Below are positions 20,209 through 29,702 of a DNA stretch of 64,000 nt, piece after piece. The first letter of the stretch is position 1; every line of letters starts with the position of its first letter. A program made the translations under genes and the position numbers. This DNA is from an uncultured virus (IMG/VR IMGVR_UViG_3300032233_001072) (taxonomy: Duplodnaviria; Heunggongvirae; Uroviricota; Caudoviricetes): the IMG/VR virus record IMGVR_UViG_3300032233_001072, positions 30,949 through 94,948 of that record; one strand, written 5' to 3'. The notes under the pieces were generated by a model. The model was not told the origin of the DNA, did not search any database, and was given only the letters and a program-made list of their open reading frames with translations.

Positions 20209-21210
20209 TTATACGATGTCTCCAAATACCACCCAATTAGTTGCGTCGTATCTAACTGCTGTAGCAACAGACCACTGTGTACGCAGTTTAGGTGTAGCCC
20301 CTACAGCAGAGTTGAGAGTGCCACTAGCAACACTAAACGAAACTTGTGTGGCAGTTGTTTGCATAAAATGAATTGTGGTGCCGACAACAACAGTTGTGTT
20401 TAATTCAGCAACCGGGGTGCTTGCTCCCATTCGTATAATGGTGTTTTCATCACCCGCTACGATTGCCCGAGTTCCTGTAGCAACACTGCTTAAAGTTACT
20501 GAGCCAAGTTTAGCGCTTGAAATGCTGGCATTAGAGATTGTTGCTACTGCTCCACTAGTGGTCACGTCGCCAGTTAACTGGGCGTACTCAGCAAGGTTTT
20601 CCCATGTGGTTGCTTCAACTTTTACGTATAACTGGGATTGACGACCAGCAGTGGAAAGGTCCGAACGAACATATAGATCGCCTACATTTCCCAAACTGTT
20701 TGCAGGCGCCCCACTCCCTGTACGCACAGGACTAGTGGTTGCAAACACACGTTTGTCAATAGTTATTTTATTGATAGCCGTGCTGTTAAGCCCACTCTTT
20801 ACATAGATGGCATATAAAGGAAGTTGACTATCAGTAAGGGTAGGAAATATAGGGTTTGTAGCGCTGTTAGTTCCGGGGACTATTGCGTAACCGCAGGATG
20901 CTCCATTTACTTGGGCACATACAAAGTCAAAGCGTGCGTTTACAGGAGCGGCTCCTGAGATAACAGTTGCGGCTGGCACAGAGTAAATAACACCATTAAC
21001 CATTACTTCAGAGGCGGTAAGAGCAATGTTTACGTACGCAGGAGTTGCGTTACCTGCGGCAGTTGTAAGGGTGGCGACGGCACCAGTAAAAACAGCGTTA
21101 CGACGATTACCTACAATTTGGAAATCAAGTGAGTCTGGCTCTGACTGGTCTAGGGATGCAATTACTGACGCAGCAAGGTCAGTAGCATTAGGTACGGTAA
21201 AACCAGACAT
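20209..21210 (-). CDS. Minor virion / fibre-like protein
   Basis: GSGAP..LG.VGDLY and KLRTQWSVAT...WVVFGD modules. Confidence 0.65.
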   Translation of the reverse strand: MSGFTVPNATDLAASVIASLDQSEPDSLDFQIVGNRRNAVFTGAVATLTTAAGNATPAYVNIALTASEVMVNGVIYSVPAATVISGAAPVNARFDFVCAQVNGASCGYAIVPGTNSATNPIFPTLTDSQLPLYAIYVKSGLNSTAINKITIDKRVFATTSPVRTGSGAPANSLGNVGDLYVRSDLSTAGRQSQLYVKVEATTWENLAEYAQLTGDVTTSGAVATISNASISSAKLGSVTLSSVATGTRAIVAGDENTIIRMGASTPVAELNTTVVVGTTIHFMQTTATQVSFSVASGTLNSAVGATPKLRTQWSVATAVRYDATNWVVFGDIV

Positions 21211-21218
21211 TGATTACC

Positions 21219-21449
21219 TCACAAGGTGTCGTAGATATTTCCGCTCTTCCGCAAGTATGCAAAAAGGTCACGGGGGATTTGGTAACGCTTACCGTCTTCA
21301 AAGTTAAAAACTAATGCGCCCCAGTGCATGGTCCATGTACCTTTGATACGGGCAGAAATAGAGTCGTCTTTAATTTCTACCGTAGGGGTGGCTTCTTCAG
21401 CAATTTCTTCTACTGGTTCTGCGAATTGACGAGATGATTTGGTTGACAT
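21219..21449 (-). CDS. Hypothetical protein
   Basis: ORF with AAGGAG SD. Confidence 0.7.
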   Translation of the reverse strand: MSTKSSRQFAEPVEEIAEEATPTVEIKDDSISARIKGTWTMHWGALVFNFEDGKRYQIPRDLFAYLRKSGNIYDTL

Positions 21450-21483
21450 AAATTCTCCTTTAGTAGTCCTTCAGATTGTACAC

Positions 21484-21524
21484 AAAAAAGAAGAAGGGAG
21501 TGGAGCGTTAACCCCACTCCCTTC
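21484..21524 (-). terminator. Rho-independent terminator after major capsid gene
   Basis: 11-bp stem GAAGGGAGTGG/CCACTCCCTTC followed on minus strand by TTCTTTTTT. Confidence 0.85.
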
Positions 21525-21537
21525 AACTAATTAACAC

Positions 21538-22629
21538 TTAGGACTGAGCGATTGCTCCACCCTTAGTGTTGATAAGCACACGGGACTCGTGGGTGATAAC
21601 ACCGAAGCCCCAGATTGCGTACCATGACAAACCATGCTCACGACCGAAGTCAATGACGCCACCGTCACGGAGTTCCACTGGCAATGCAATGGCTTGTCCG
21701 AAGGCGTTGTCACCAATCATCATCGCTGAGTATGAGTCAGCCGTTGGGTCCTGATAACCGGCAGATGCTGGGTTGAGGTCAACAATATCTGTGCCAGCCT
21801 GACCCTTAAGAACCTGAGTGGTTTCAATGAACACTACGTCGTAAATGCGTCCGATTTCACCGAGCATGAAGTTGCCGGGAGCGGCGTACTTCGTGACTTC
21901 AATGAATTCAGGCCAGTCACGCAATGAACGTGCCTGTGATGGATGTACGAAACAAACATAGGTGTCGCCAAGGCGTGGGATGTTCTGGTTAGCCAAAACT
22001 TCAACTGCGTCTTTAACGGTTGCAGGTGAAAGGTATCCCGGAGCCGAAGCCGAGCCAGCAGCCGAGTATTCGTAAGGAGCAATAGAGCCACGGCTTGCGG
22101 CAACATTGCGACCGAACACAACACTTGGAGCAACAGCCGCACCGCCACCGAAAGGAATTCCGGGGCTGTAAAGGGTGTTGCGTGCTTGGATGTCCATGGA
22201 CTGTGCCATGTGGCGACCGAGCAAGCGGCTGGACGAAGCCATTACGTCGTCAAATGATGCGTTGAGCAACAATTCGGTGACGGCAACAGCCTGACCTTGT
22301 TCTTTAACTGTGATCTGAATCTGGCTTGCGGACAGAGCGACTGGCTCCATACGTACACCTTCGGTCAATTCTGCTCCAGAGTAATCATTAACCGAGAGGT
22401 TGTTGTAACGCATGAAGTTGATTGTGAGACCGGGCATAACACCGAGTTCAGTTTTCTTTACAGCAAACTGCTCAAAACGAAGCACTGGCATCGCTTGAAA
22501 CAAGATTTCTTTTGACCAAATTTGCTGGATTGCGGGAGAGAGCGTTGCATCACTTGAGTAACCAGTCGTGGTAATTGAACCGAGACCGGCACCTGTAATA
22601 GCACCACCTTGGGGGGCTGGAAGGGCCAT
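21538..22629 (-). CDS. Major capsid protein (N4-gp56 family)
   Basis: WSKEILFQAMP.LRF.QFA, GEIGRIYDV.FIET, DFGREH.L.WYAIWG. Confidence 0.93.
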   Translation of the reverse strand: MALPAPQGGAITGAGLGSITTTGYSSDATLSPAIQQIWSKEILFQAMPVLRFEQFAVKKTELGVMPGLTINFMRYNNLSVNDYSGAELTEGVRMEPVALSASQIQITVKEQGQAVAVTELLLNASFDDVMASSSRLLGRHMAQSMDIQARNTLYSPGIPFGGGAAVAPSVVFGRNVAASRGSIAPYEYSAAGSASAPGYLSPATVKDAVEVLANQNIPRLGDTYVCFVHPSQARSLRDWPEFIEVTKYAAPGNFMLGEIGRIYDVVFIETTQVLKGQAGTDIVDLNPASAGYQDPTADSYSAMMIGDNAFGQAIALPVELRDGGVIDFGREHGLSWYAIWGFGVITHESRVLINTKGGAIAQS

Positions 22630-22669
22630 TGTGTTTAATCCTCCGTGGATTAGTAGTTATGTTGGATTT

Positions 22670-23452
22670 TTAAAACCTGCCCCGTGAGGAGCGGGCATTT
22701 AGGAGCCTGTCACGCATCTTTTCGTACTGATCCATTGTCATATTGCGAATATCATCCGCAGTCACTGTCTGGTATTCCGTTTGAGTTTCCATTGGCCCAA
22801 TAGGTGGAGCCGTTACCGGCGCCCCCCGCAAGCGTCCCTGAGATTGCTGAGCCGCTTGTTGGATTGATTCAAGGATAGCAGAACTGCGATCCCTAAGTAC
22901 ACTAATAGATGTTTCAATTTCTTCTTCCGAATTACCACTAACTAAATCTAATAATTCTGGAATGATGTTCTCTGATTCGGCGTGGATACGACCTTGACGG
23001 TATGTATTCAATTCTTGCAGGCGACGTTCTTTGTCAAGGAGCGCTTCTTGAGTCTGACGTTGCATTTCAATTTCTTCAAAACGCTTACGATAATCAGATT
23101 CTAGATCTTGGATCTTGGCGTTAAACTCGTCTTCACGCTTGAGAAGTAGTTCCTTAGCCGACATTTCGTCAATTTCACGCTGGCGAAGCAATTCTGTTTC
23201 CTGCTTGGCACGGTCTTCAGCCTCTTTACGGGCTGCTTCACGTTCCTGAGCGATGGTGTTCATCTGCTCTTCCATTGCTTTTGTACGAAAGTCTGCTTCT
23301 TCAATCCGCTTATACAGTTTATCTTTTTCCTGTTTGCGGATACTTTCTACTTCATCTTCCGTAAAGACTTTGCTCTTGGGAGCCTCTTCTTTTGGAGTTG
23401 GGGTGTCACTGGGGATAATGAGGACGTCGCCCTCAGAGGGTTGGTTACCCAT
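22670..23452 (-). CDS. Capsid scaffolding protein
   Basis: Coiled-coil, acidic; between portal and capsid. Confidence 0.8.
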   Translation of the reverse strand: MGNQPSEGDVLIIPSDTPTPKEEAPKSKVFTEDEVESIRKQEKDKLYKRIEEADFRTKAMEEQMNTIAQEREAARKEAEDRAKQETELLRQREIDEMSAKELLLKREDEFNAKIQDLESDYRKRFEEIEMQRQTQEALLDKERRLQELNTYRQGRIHAESENIIPELLDLVSGNSEEEIETSISVLRDRSSAILESIQQAAQQSQGRLRGAPVTAPPIGPMETQTEYQTVTADDIRNMTMDQYEKMRDRLLNARSSRGRF

Positions 23453-23505
23453 ATGTATTCCTACCTTGTTTAGTTGGTCAAATATGAACTTTGTTAATGA
23501 TTCTT

Positions 23506-25200
23506 CTAGTCATCCTCATCCGGTACTCGTCTCTGAGCGAAACGGGCACCGTATGCTTTACTTACCAAGTTGTTTACCATCTGTTCTGCCATCGGACTGA
23601 TAGCAGGACCCGGTAGTGGTGCGGCACCGCCGCCTCCACCACCTGCTTGAGATACATTAGCACCTCCAGCAGAAGCCATCTCGGGACCACCGGGTCCCGG
23701 GATCATCCCAGTAGCAAGCATTACTGCTTGACTAATCTGAGCACGAAGCATGTCAAGAGCGCCTTGGTCTTCGGCGTCATCTTGTAGTTCTTCAAAGATT
23801 TCCAGCATCTTCTCATTCGGGAATTCTTCACCAAGTGTGCGTAGAGCACCACGCTTGGATTCAAGACCGAGAGCCATCTTTGCTTGAACTTCATTGAGTT
23901 TGATAAGAGCATCAACAGGAAGCGGCTCAGGCCAGTGGACACTTGTACGGTATGTCAAAGGGTCAGCAGGATCTAATTGAGGAAGTTGATCACGCTCTGG
24001 TGGAGCCGCTTTAGTTGGATCGTACACAAGCAACTGTGGCTCAAACAGGGCACAAGTACGAATGATGATTTCGTTTACCCGTTCTAAACCCTTAGTAAAG
24101 TGCACTTTCTTCATGCTGAAACGGTTCATCATTGGCTGGTATTGGATAGCCAATGCGGTACCTGATGTGTTAGATACTGGTTGGAACTGCCCAAGTGCTG
24201 TCTCAGGAACACCCGTGATTTCATGCATTGTACGTTTGAGGAACATGATGAACTCCATAGCGCCTGCCATGTTTCCACTAGATTCAAGGTTGAAAACGCT
24301 TGCATCTTTAGGAAGACCTGCCCAAACTTTCTTAGGTCCACGCTCTAGTTGAGAAGCCTTAGCACCTGTGATGATGGTCACTGGGGCAGCATGGTAGTTA
24401 ATGATGTCAGAAACTTCTGCCATCTTCTCATTGAGTTCACGGTTAAGAGGGATAACGTCCCAAATATCCGACTGACCCCAAGGTGATGATGAAATAGTTG
24501 TGTTTGGAATATGCACAACAGGTACAGTTCCAATTGCATTGGGGTATTCGTCAATCAACTCATCGTTAATAAACTGCTGTACTAGGTCATCTGTAAGGAT
24601 TTCCGTGAAGGTGTACACCTGACGGGTACCTTCTGGAGATGTGCCCCAGAAACGGTATTTAAGTTTAAAGCGAAGCAAGCGGTCACGGTCGTGAGGGTGG
24701 TACTCAGGGAAGCAATGTGCTGGGTTCAAAGGAATGATGCGAACACGACCTTCGTGTGGGATGTTCGCCCCATCAACGTAAGGTTCTTCATAGGCAACTT
24801 TGACAAAGCAGTCACCTGTTACAGAAGCCAACTGCCCCATTTCCCAAAGAACGTAGTGCTTGTTATTATCTATATCCCATACTTTGTGGAGTAGGTGGGG
24901 GATAATTGCACCGTTTTGTTCTGGGCAACGAAACTGAACGCCTTTACCAAAACAGAAGTTGGTGATGTAATCCGACATGGTACGGACATAGTTCATGTAG
25001 AACTGTGACTCACCCATCTCACGGCGGTACGACCAGTGGTGACCGAGGTACCATGCCCATGCCGCTGAGTATCTATTTAATCGTGGTCCGTGTACTTCAA
25101 ACTCTTCGTCAGCAAGTTCTACAAGTCCAAGAGGGGAGATGGCAACCGTGAGGTCGCTAGAAGATGCTCTATATGATGGTGACCAAAAGTCAATTGACAT
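23506..25200 (-). CDS. Portal protein (SPP1 gp6-like)
   Basis: GDCFVKV, G.VPVVHIPN, GQSDI, SGTAL motifs; size and synteny. Confidence 0.9.
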   Translation of the reverse strand: MSIDFWSPSYRASSSDLTVAISPLGLVELADEEFEVHGPRLNRYSAAWAWYLGHHWSYRREMGESQFYMNYVRTMSDYITNFCFGKGVQFRCPEQNGAIIPHLLHKVWDIDNNKHYVLWEMGQLASVTGDCFVKVAYEEPYVDGANIPHEGRVRIIPLNPAHCFPEYHPHDRDRLLRFKLKYRFWGTSPEGTRQVYTFTEILTDDLVQQFINDELIDEYPNAIGTVPVVHIPNTTISSSPWGQSDIWDVIPLNRELNEKMAEVSDIINYHAAPVTIITGAKASQLERGPKKVWAGLPKDASVFNLESSGNMAGAMEFIMFLKRTMHEITGVPETALGQFQPVSNTSGTALAIQYQPMMNRFSMKKVHFTKGLERVNEIIIRTCALFEPQLLVYDPTKAAPPERDQLPQLDPADPLTYRTSVHWPEPLPVDALIKLNEVQAKMALGLESKRGALRTLGEEFPNEKMLEIFEELQDDAEDQGALDMLRAQISQAVMLATGMIPGPGGPEMASAGGANVSQAGGGGGGAAPLPGPAISPMAEQMVNNLVSKAYGARFAQRRVPDEDD

Positions 25201-25211
25201 TGTTTAAAACA

Positions 25212-25520
25212 CTACTTCTTTGTAGGAGTTTTGGGAGCGGCTGGTTTTTTAGCAGCCGCTTTTTTAACTGGCTTAACAACCTTTGTCTCTTCAATTTCTT
25301 CTTTAATAGCAGGTAGTTCTTTGATTACTTTGGTAATAAACGAAGCAATTTTTGGATCACCAAACTTGGTACTTGCGTAAGCAAGAACAATAGTAACTAC
25401 AGGAACAACGGATGCAATGTACTCAGCGTCTACGTTTGCTTTTGTCAAACCATACACAACTGCACCTAGAACAACACCTTTAAGGGTTTGGTCAGTAACT
25501 TGGGAACGGGCATTATTCAT
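25212..25520 (-). CDS. Small membrane protein (holin-like) with basic tail
   Basis: Two hydrophobic segments, KKAAAKKP tail. Confidence 0.45.
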   Translation of the reverse strand: MNNARSQVTDQTLKGVVLGAVVYGLTKANVDAEYIASVVPVVTIVLAYASTKFGDPKIASFITKVIKELPAIKEEIEETKVVKPVKKAAAKKPAAPKTPTKK

Positions 25521-25552
25521 TAGGACTCCTTGGGCTTTCTTTAACTATGATA

Positions 25553-26155
25553 CTAGTTTTGAACAACACAGTTGAACGGGGGTCCAGTGTGTGGGTCAAA
25601 TCTAGAGGCAATTTGTAGGGCTAGGAGCGCTTCTGAGCGGGCTTTAGCCATTGTGTAGTCCTTCTTAGGCTTTCGGGCATGCAAAGCGCCTACGGCATAC
25701 TGAGCACCTGATCCGAGGGCGTAGATGCCACTACGGTCGTTAGACCATGAATAATCGCCATTTACAACGTAGATAGTGCTATTGATGACAGCAAGGATGG
25801 TTGACCCTTGTTCTGCAACATGCGCCGAACTATCTTTGGTAGGCATGGCATACCCTTGTTGCTCAAAGCACCCTCTTAGCGCAGGGATAAATTTCATTGT
25901 AAAAAACTTATCTAGTTTTTGACCTTCACATCCTGCTGGTGGTAAGGGAGGGGTAAAAACGTGGTGAAGGATGTTGATAGCACGAACATCCCCAGCCGCC
26001 CCTAATAGGTACTTACCATTGACGGCTACTTTTGCCGAAGTTCCTTTTAGGGTTGTGGTCATACTTACGTAGCCACTTTCGTCTACATCGCAGATACGGG
26101 AATCTGAACCGACTAGGGAAAAGCCTTCTCCTTGGATTGCCACAATAGTAGTCAT
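25553..26155 (-). CDS. Ntn-hydrolase (HslV/proteasome-beta-like peptidase)
   Basis: MTTIVAI...SDSR N-terminal Thr, GAAGD, ALGSGAQYAVGAL, DPHTG. Confidence 0.85.
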   Translation of the reverse strand: MTTIVAIQGEGFSLVGSDSRICDVDESGYVSMTTTLKGTSAKVAVNGKYLLGAAGDVRAINILHHVFTPPLPPAGCEGQKLDKFFTMKFIPALRGCFEQQGYAMPTKDSSAHVAEQGSTILAVINSTIYVVNGDYSWSNDRSGIYALGSGAQYAVGALHARKPKKDYTMAKARSEALLALQIASRFDPHTGPPFNCVVQN

Positions 26156-27309
26156 TAGGCTGTGTACTCCTTGTTGTGGTACATCGCCCAACCTTCACGG
26201 ATAGGGATCATTTCAAGGTTAAATTCAGCATCACCATCTTTGTAACTAACCACACAAAGCCCTTGTTGCCAGTTCTCAGTAATGATCATCGGACGACCAT
26301 CAAGGTCAATCCCACCTTTAGTGGAAGGAACTACTCCATCAACACGAGCAAGACAGCCCGCAGAGGCCGCTAGGATCGTCTTACGCCCGTCATAATCCTC
26401 ACGAGTCACTTCTGCCCACTCACGGCGATGAATGTGCCCATAGAGCACTGAGGTCTTTTCGTTAGCCAAATACATGTGTGCGGTAGAGCCATTGCTCTTG
26501 ACACGGGTACCGTGAATAACTTTTAACTTCTGATTGATCCAGTAGTAGCCAGCAGGGTAGCCGGGGACGTACTTGACATTGAAGTCATCAAAACGACAGA
26601 GGAAGGGCACTGAAAGAACAGGCCAGTTGTCAGGGGTATCCCCACGACGTAGCCCAAAAGAAGCCTTTGCATTATCTAACGTGTAGTTAACAAGACGCTC
26701 TTCGTGGTTACCAGCAAGCCAAACAATTTCAGCATCAGGGGCAACTGCACGTAGACGAGCCATCAAGATGGTTGCGTAGTCAATGGCTCTTTGAGTAGTC
26801 AGTGCGTATGCAGGACTAAGGCGGTATTTACCAAACTCAGCAAAGTCAAGGTTGTCACCATGCATGACTACTTTGGCTGGCTTTAAGTCTTTGATCATTG
26901 CAACACAAATATCAATAGCCGCTTCATCATGGATGGCTTCTAGTTCACCTGCCACGTTACGGAAATAACCAATCTGCATGTCAGGTAGGACTACCGCAGT
27001 GTTCCATTCTGTTTTCTTTGGTGTTTTGGTTACATTACTTGTGGGTAACTTAACTGCTGGCCCTTGGTGGACTGGGTCCCATTCAGGTCCTTCTGCCCAC
27101 TTAGGAGAGAATTGAATAGCAGCAAGGTCGTGAATCTGTGCTTCACCTTCTTGGTCTTTGGTTAAAGACTGGTAAAGCGATACACGTTTTACAGAGCCAA
27201 TTTCATTGATGTCAATGTTCTGACGATCAAGGATTTCAACAAGGCGACCAAGCGCTTGTGATTTGGATTCTGTTGGTCCTTTTTTTAATTCACTTGATAA
27301 TTCGCTCAC
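26155..27309 (-). CDS. Calcineurin-like metallophosphoesterase
   Basis: PDMQ, GDNLD, GNHE, IHG, GHIH motifs. Confidence 0.85.
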   Translation of the reverse strand: MSELSSELKKGPTESKSQALGRLVEILDRQNIDINEIGSVKRVSLYQSLTKDQEGEAQIHDLAAIQFSPKWAEGPEWDPVHQGPAVKLPTSNVTKTPKKTEWNTAVVLPDMQIGYFRNVAGELEAIHDEAAIDICVAMIKDLKPAKVVMHGDNLDFAEFGKYRLSPAYALTTQRAIDYATILMARLRAVAPDAEIVWLAGNHEERLVNYTLDNAKASFGLRRGDTPDNWPVLSVPFLCRFDDFNVKYVPGYPAGYYWINQKLKVIHGTRVKSNGSTAHMYLANEKTSVLYGHIHRREWAEVTREDYDGRKTILAASAGCLARVDGVVPSTKGGIDLDGRPMIITENWQQGLCVVSYKDGDAEFNLEMIPIREGWAMYHNKEYTA

Positions 27310-27568
27310 AAGAACACTCCTTGTTTACATGTCGTTGAACACTACTTACGCTTATGTCATGACCAACACTTCTTAGAATCTTTGCTAACCACGAAGTGCT
27401 GTATTGTTTGGATTTACCCATGCTTACGTCGTTACGAATAAGCAAAATAGACTCATTAATATTGGTTTTGTCTTCTTCGTCAAGAACATTAAACACTTGC
27501 ATAAACTTACAAGCGTTTGCACCTGCTGGGTGTCTAGGCGCTTTTAAAGCGTCTGAAAGTGCACTCAT
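27290..27568 (-). CDS. Hypothetical protein (possible HTH/Zn site)
   Basis: C...ISVSSVQRH...CSC. Confidence 0.6.
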   Translation of the reverse strand: MSALSDALKAPRHPAGANACKFMQVFNVLDEEDKTNINESILLIRNDVSMGKSKQYSTSWLAKILRSVGHDISVSSVQRHVNKECSCERIIK

Positions 27569-27648
27569 GTTGGCTCCTTGTGATAATTGTTTATCTGTTC
27601 ACAAACACTATCACAATGTTAACAACATTGTATTCAACTATGCAAGCG

Positions 27649-27858
27649 TTACTTCTTCAGATGCCAATCAATATGATCGTCTAAACGCTCTGCTACTTTG
27701 TCTACACCAGTCTGCACATTATCTAATTTACGCATAACAGCACCGTGGTCTTCATTATTGCTTTTTCGCATACCACGGAATTCTTTAATTGATAACCCGA
27801 CAAGACCACCAATGGTCGTGATTACGGCAACAACAATGGTAGCGAGTGCAGGGTCCAT
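27649..27858 (-). CDS. Small membrane protein with coiled-coil C-terminus
   Basis: N-terminal TM, ...RLDDHIDWH. Confidence 0.7.
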   Translation of the reverse strand: MDPALATIVVAVITTIGGLVGLSIKEFRGMRKSNNEDHGAVMRKLDNVQTGVDKVAERLDDHIDWHLKK

Positions 27859-29048
27859 TATTCTCCACGGAAAGAAGAGTTGCGACCCTTGCGAGGCGAT
27901 AATGAAATTGGGGTAGAAGAAGGTTCAACAGGTGCGCTACCATCCCCTTTCCATTCTCCATGTCGTTGAAATTTGGCAACTTGACGAGAAGGGTCTACTT
28001 CACGAATAAAAGTAGTGTCAACTACCGCTTTCTTTCCAGTTTCCTTATCTGCAACTTTCTTACCACCTAAGTAAAGAAGCCCTCCTTCAATTCCAGATAA
28101 GTCTCTGTCTGTGTTTCTAGTGTCAGAAAGGTCACCTAAAGACCTACCATCACTAGTTAGTAGTGGAGGTATTTTTACTGTTTTTCCAAAATTGTCAACA
28201 AAGATACCCGTGTGTGACTCAGGATCTGTACTGTACCGTGCTTTAGGAGATCTGCTGACAGGGACTGCAACCGCTCTGCCTTGTTCTTCTGAAGATTGAC
28301 GCACCCGATCAGCAGTTGTTTCTTCAGTTGCACTAGTTACAATTGTAGTGTTTGGATGGTTTGGTTCATAAAACTCAGAACGTGGAATAACACCACGACT
28401 ATGCGTTTTGCTGTATTCTACTTTTGCAATGTCAGGGTTTGGATGAAAAGATGCTTCGGAACCTTGGAACATGTCAAACATTCCTTCGTGTGTTCCACCT
28501 GTTCTAATCAATGTTTCTAAATGGTTTTGAATGTTGTAAGCATGAAACATATTGGCTTCATGGGTCATTACCCCCCAATACATGGCTGGATTTTCAAAAC
28601 CAAATGAAGTGCGTGCTTGACGAGCAACGTGTGCGTTAGGAAAAGACATACGCCCGGACTCTGCCAAACATGCAGCACTACAACCTTTAGTTGCGTACCC
28701 ACACGTATTGCAGCCACCGCCATGTACGTTATGGGGTTCTAGATAAGAAGTAATTTGGTTAATATTTTCAATACGTGGAATGCCAGAAGTCCTGTTTGCC
28801 GCCATCTTGGCGCTTTCCGTAGTAAAAATACTAGGGTTAGGTCCGCCCCTATACGTTGTACCATTATGTTCTAAAACAGTATTTTGGGAAATGTTAGAAA
28901 AAGTTGCTTTTGCTTCTTCAAGACCACCTTTAGGGTCTGAGTAATACGCCACTTCTTCTGGGGTAACTTTTGCTAACCCTTGCTGAAATCTTGTTAGTTT
29001 TAATCCCCAAGGATTAGAAAAGTCTCGTGGGTTAAAATACTGAGCCAT
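27858..29048 (-). CDS. Gp88-like Cys-cluster protein
   Basis: NTCGYATKGCSAACLAESGR...ARQART and GDLSD.R motifs. Confidence 0.55.
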   Translation of the reverse strand: MAQYFNPRDFSNPWGLKLTRFQQGLAKVTPEEVAYYSDPKGGLEEAKATFSNISQNTVLEHNGTTYRGGPNPSIFTTESAKMAANRTSGIPRIENINQITSYLEPHNVHGGGCNTCGYATKGCSAACLAESGRMSFPNAHVARQARTSFGFENPAMYWGVMTHEANMFHAYNIQNHLETLIRTGGTHEGMFDMFQGSEASFHPNPDIAKVEYSKTHSRGVIPRSEFYEPNHPNTTIVTSATEETTADRVRQSSEEQGRAVAVPVSRSPKARYSTDPESHTGIFVDNFGKTVKIPPLLTSDGRSLGDLSDTRNTDRDLSGIEGGLLYLGGKKVADKETGKKAVVDTTFIREVDPSRQVAKFQRHGEWKGDGSAPVEPSSTPISLSPRKGRNSSFRGE

Positions 29049-29056
29049 TACTTAAA

Positions 29057-29251
29057 TCACTTTCTACAAGAAGCATGTCCATCATTGAAGCACTTACGAC
29101 GCAAGTACTTATTGGCAAAGCCTGCAAACACTGGTGCAATGGGCAACCCAGATTGGGTAGTAGTGAGGGGAGCGTCGCCGCTCCCCTCTCCGCCTGCACT
29201 GGCGTCTACTGAACCGCTGCCGCCTTCTGTGGATGAAGCGGCGGAATCCAT
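29057..29251 (-). CDS. Hypothetical protein
   Basis: ORF track; tight packing. Confidence 0.5.
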   Translation of the reverse strand: MDSAASSTEGGSGSVDASAGGEGSGDAPLTTTQSGLPIAPVFAGFANKYLRRKCFNDGHASCRK

Positions 29252-29653
29252 TTAGTCGCTAACGACCGTGGCATTCATGCGGTTGGTGTGTGTGCCCGGG
29301 TTGAAGGCACGCTCAAACTGTGGCATTCCGTCGCCAGCCATTGCGCCTTGAACGAAGTCAGACAATACAGTTGGGGCTTCAATCCACGATGCGGAACCTA
29401 CGTGAGCACGCTCACGCATGGTGTCCATAGGGTGTTTGAAAACACCTTCAGGGTTGTTGTGGTTCATGCGACCGGGAGCCGATGAGGTGTCAAAGTAAGC
29501 GCCACGGGCAAAGTCATTTGGAACGTCGGTGTCAGTTGCGACACCTTCCTCAAAACGAAGCGGTCCCTTGTTCATCGGGATGCTAGGTGCATAGGTACGT
29601 TCAAAGACGTTTGGTGAACGCTCTGGGAACATTGGTGCGGGTGCTACATTCAC
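29252..29653 (-). CDS. Hypothetical protein (actinophage-type, GPLRFEEG motif)
   Basis: GPLRFEEGVATDTDVP..., RERAHVGSASW; GGAGGA SD. Confidence 0.75.
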   Translation of the reverse strand: MNVAPAPMFPERSPNVFERTYAPSIPMNKGPLRFEEGVATDTDVPNDFARGAYFDTSSAPGRMNHNNPEGVFKHPMDTMRERAHVGSASWIEAPTVLSDFVQGAMAGDGMPQFERAFNPGTHTNRMNATVVSD

Positions 29654-29702
29654 TTATTTCCTCCAAATGGGGGGTTTGATACTACGTACTAGATTACCAC
29701 TT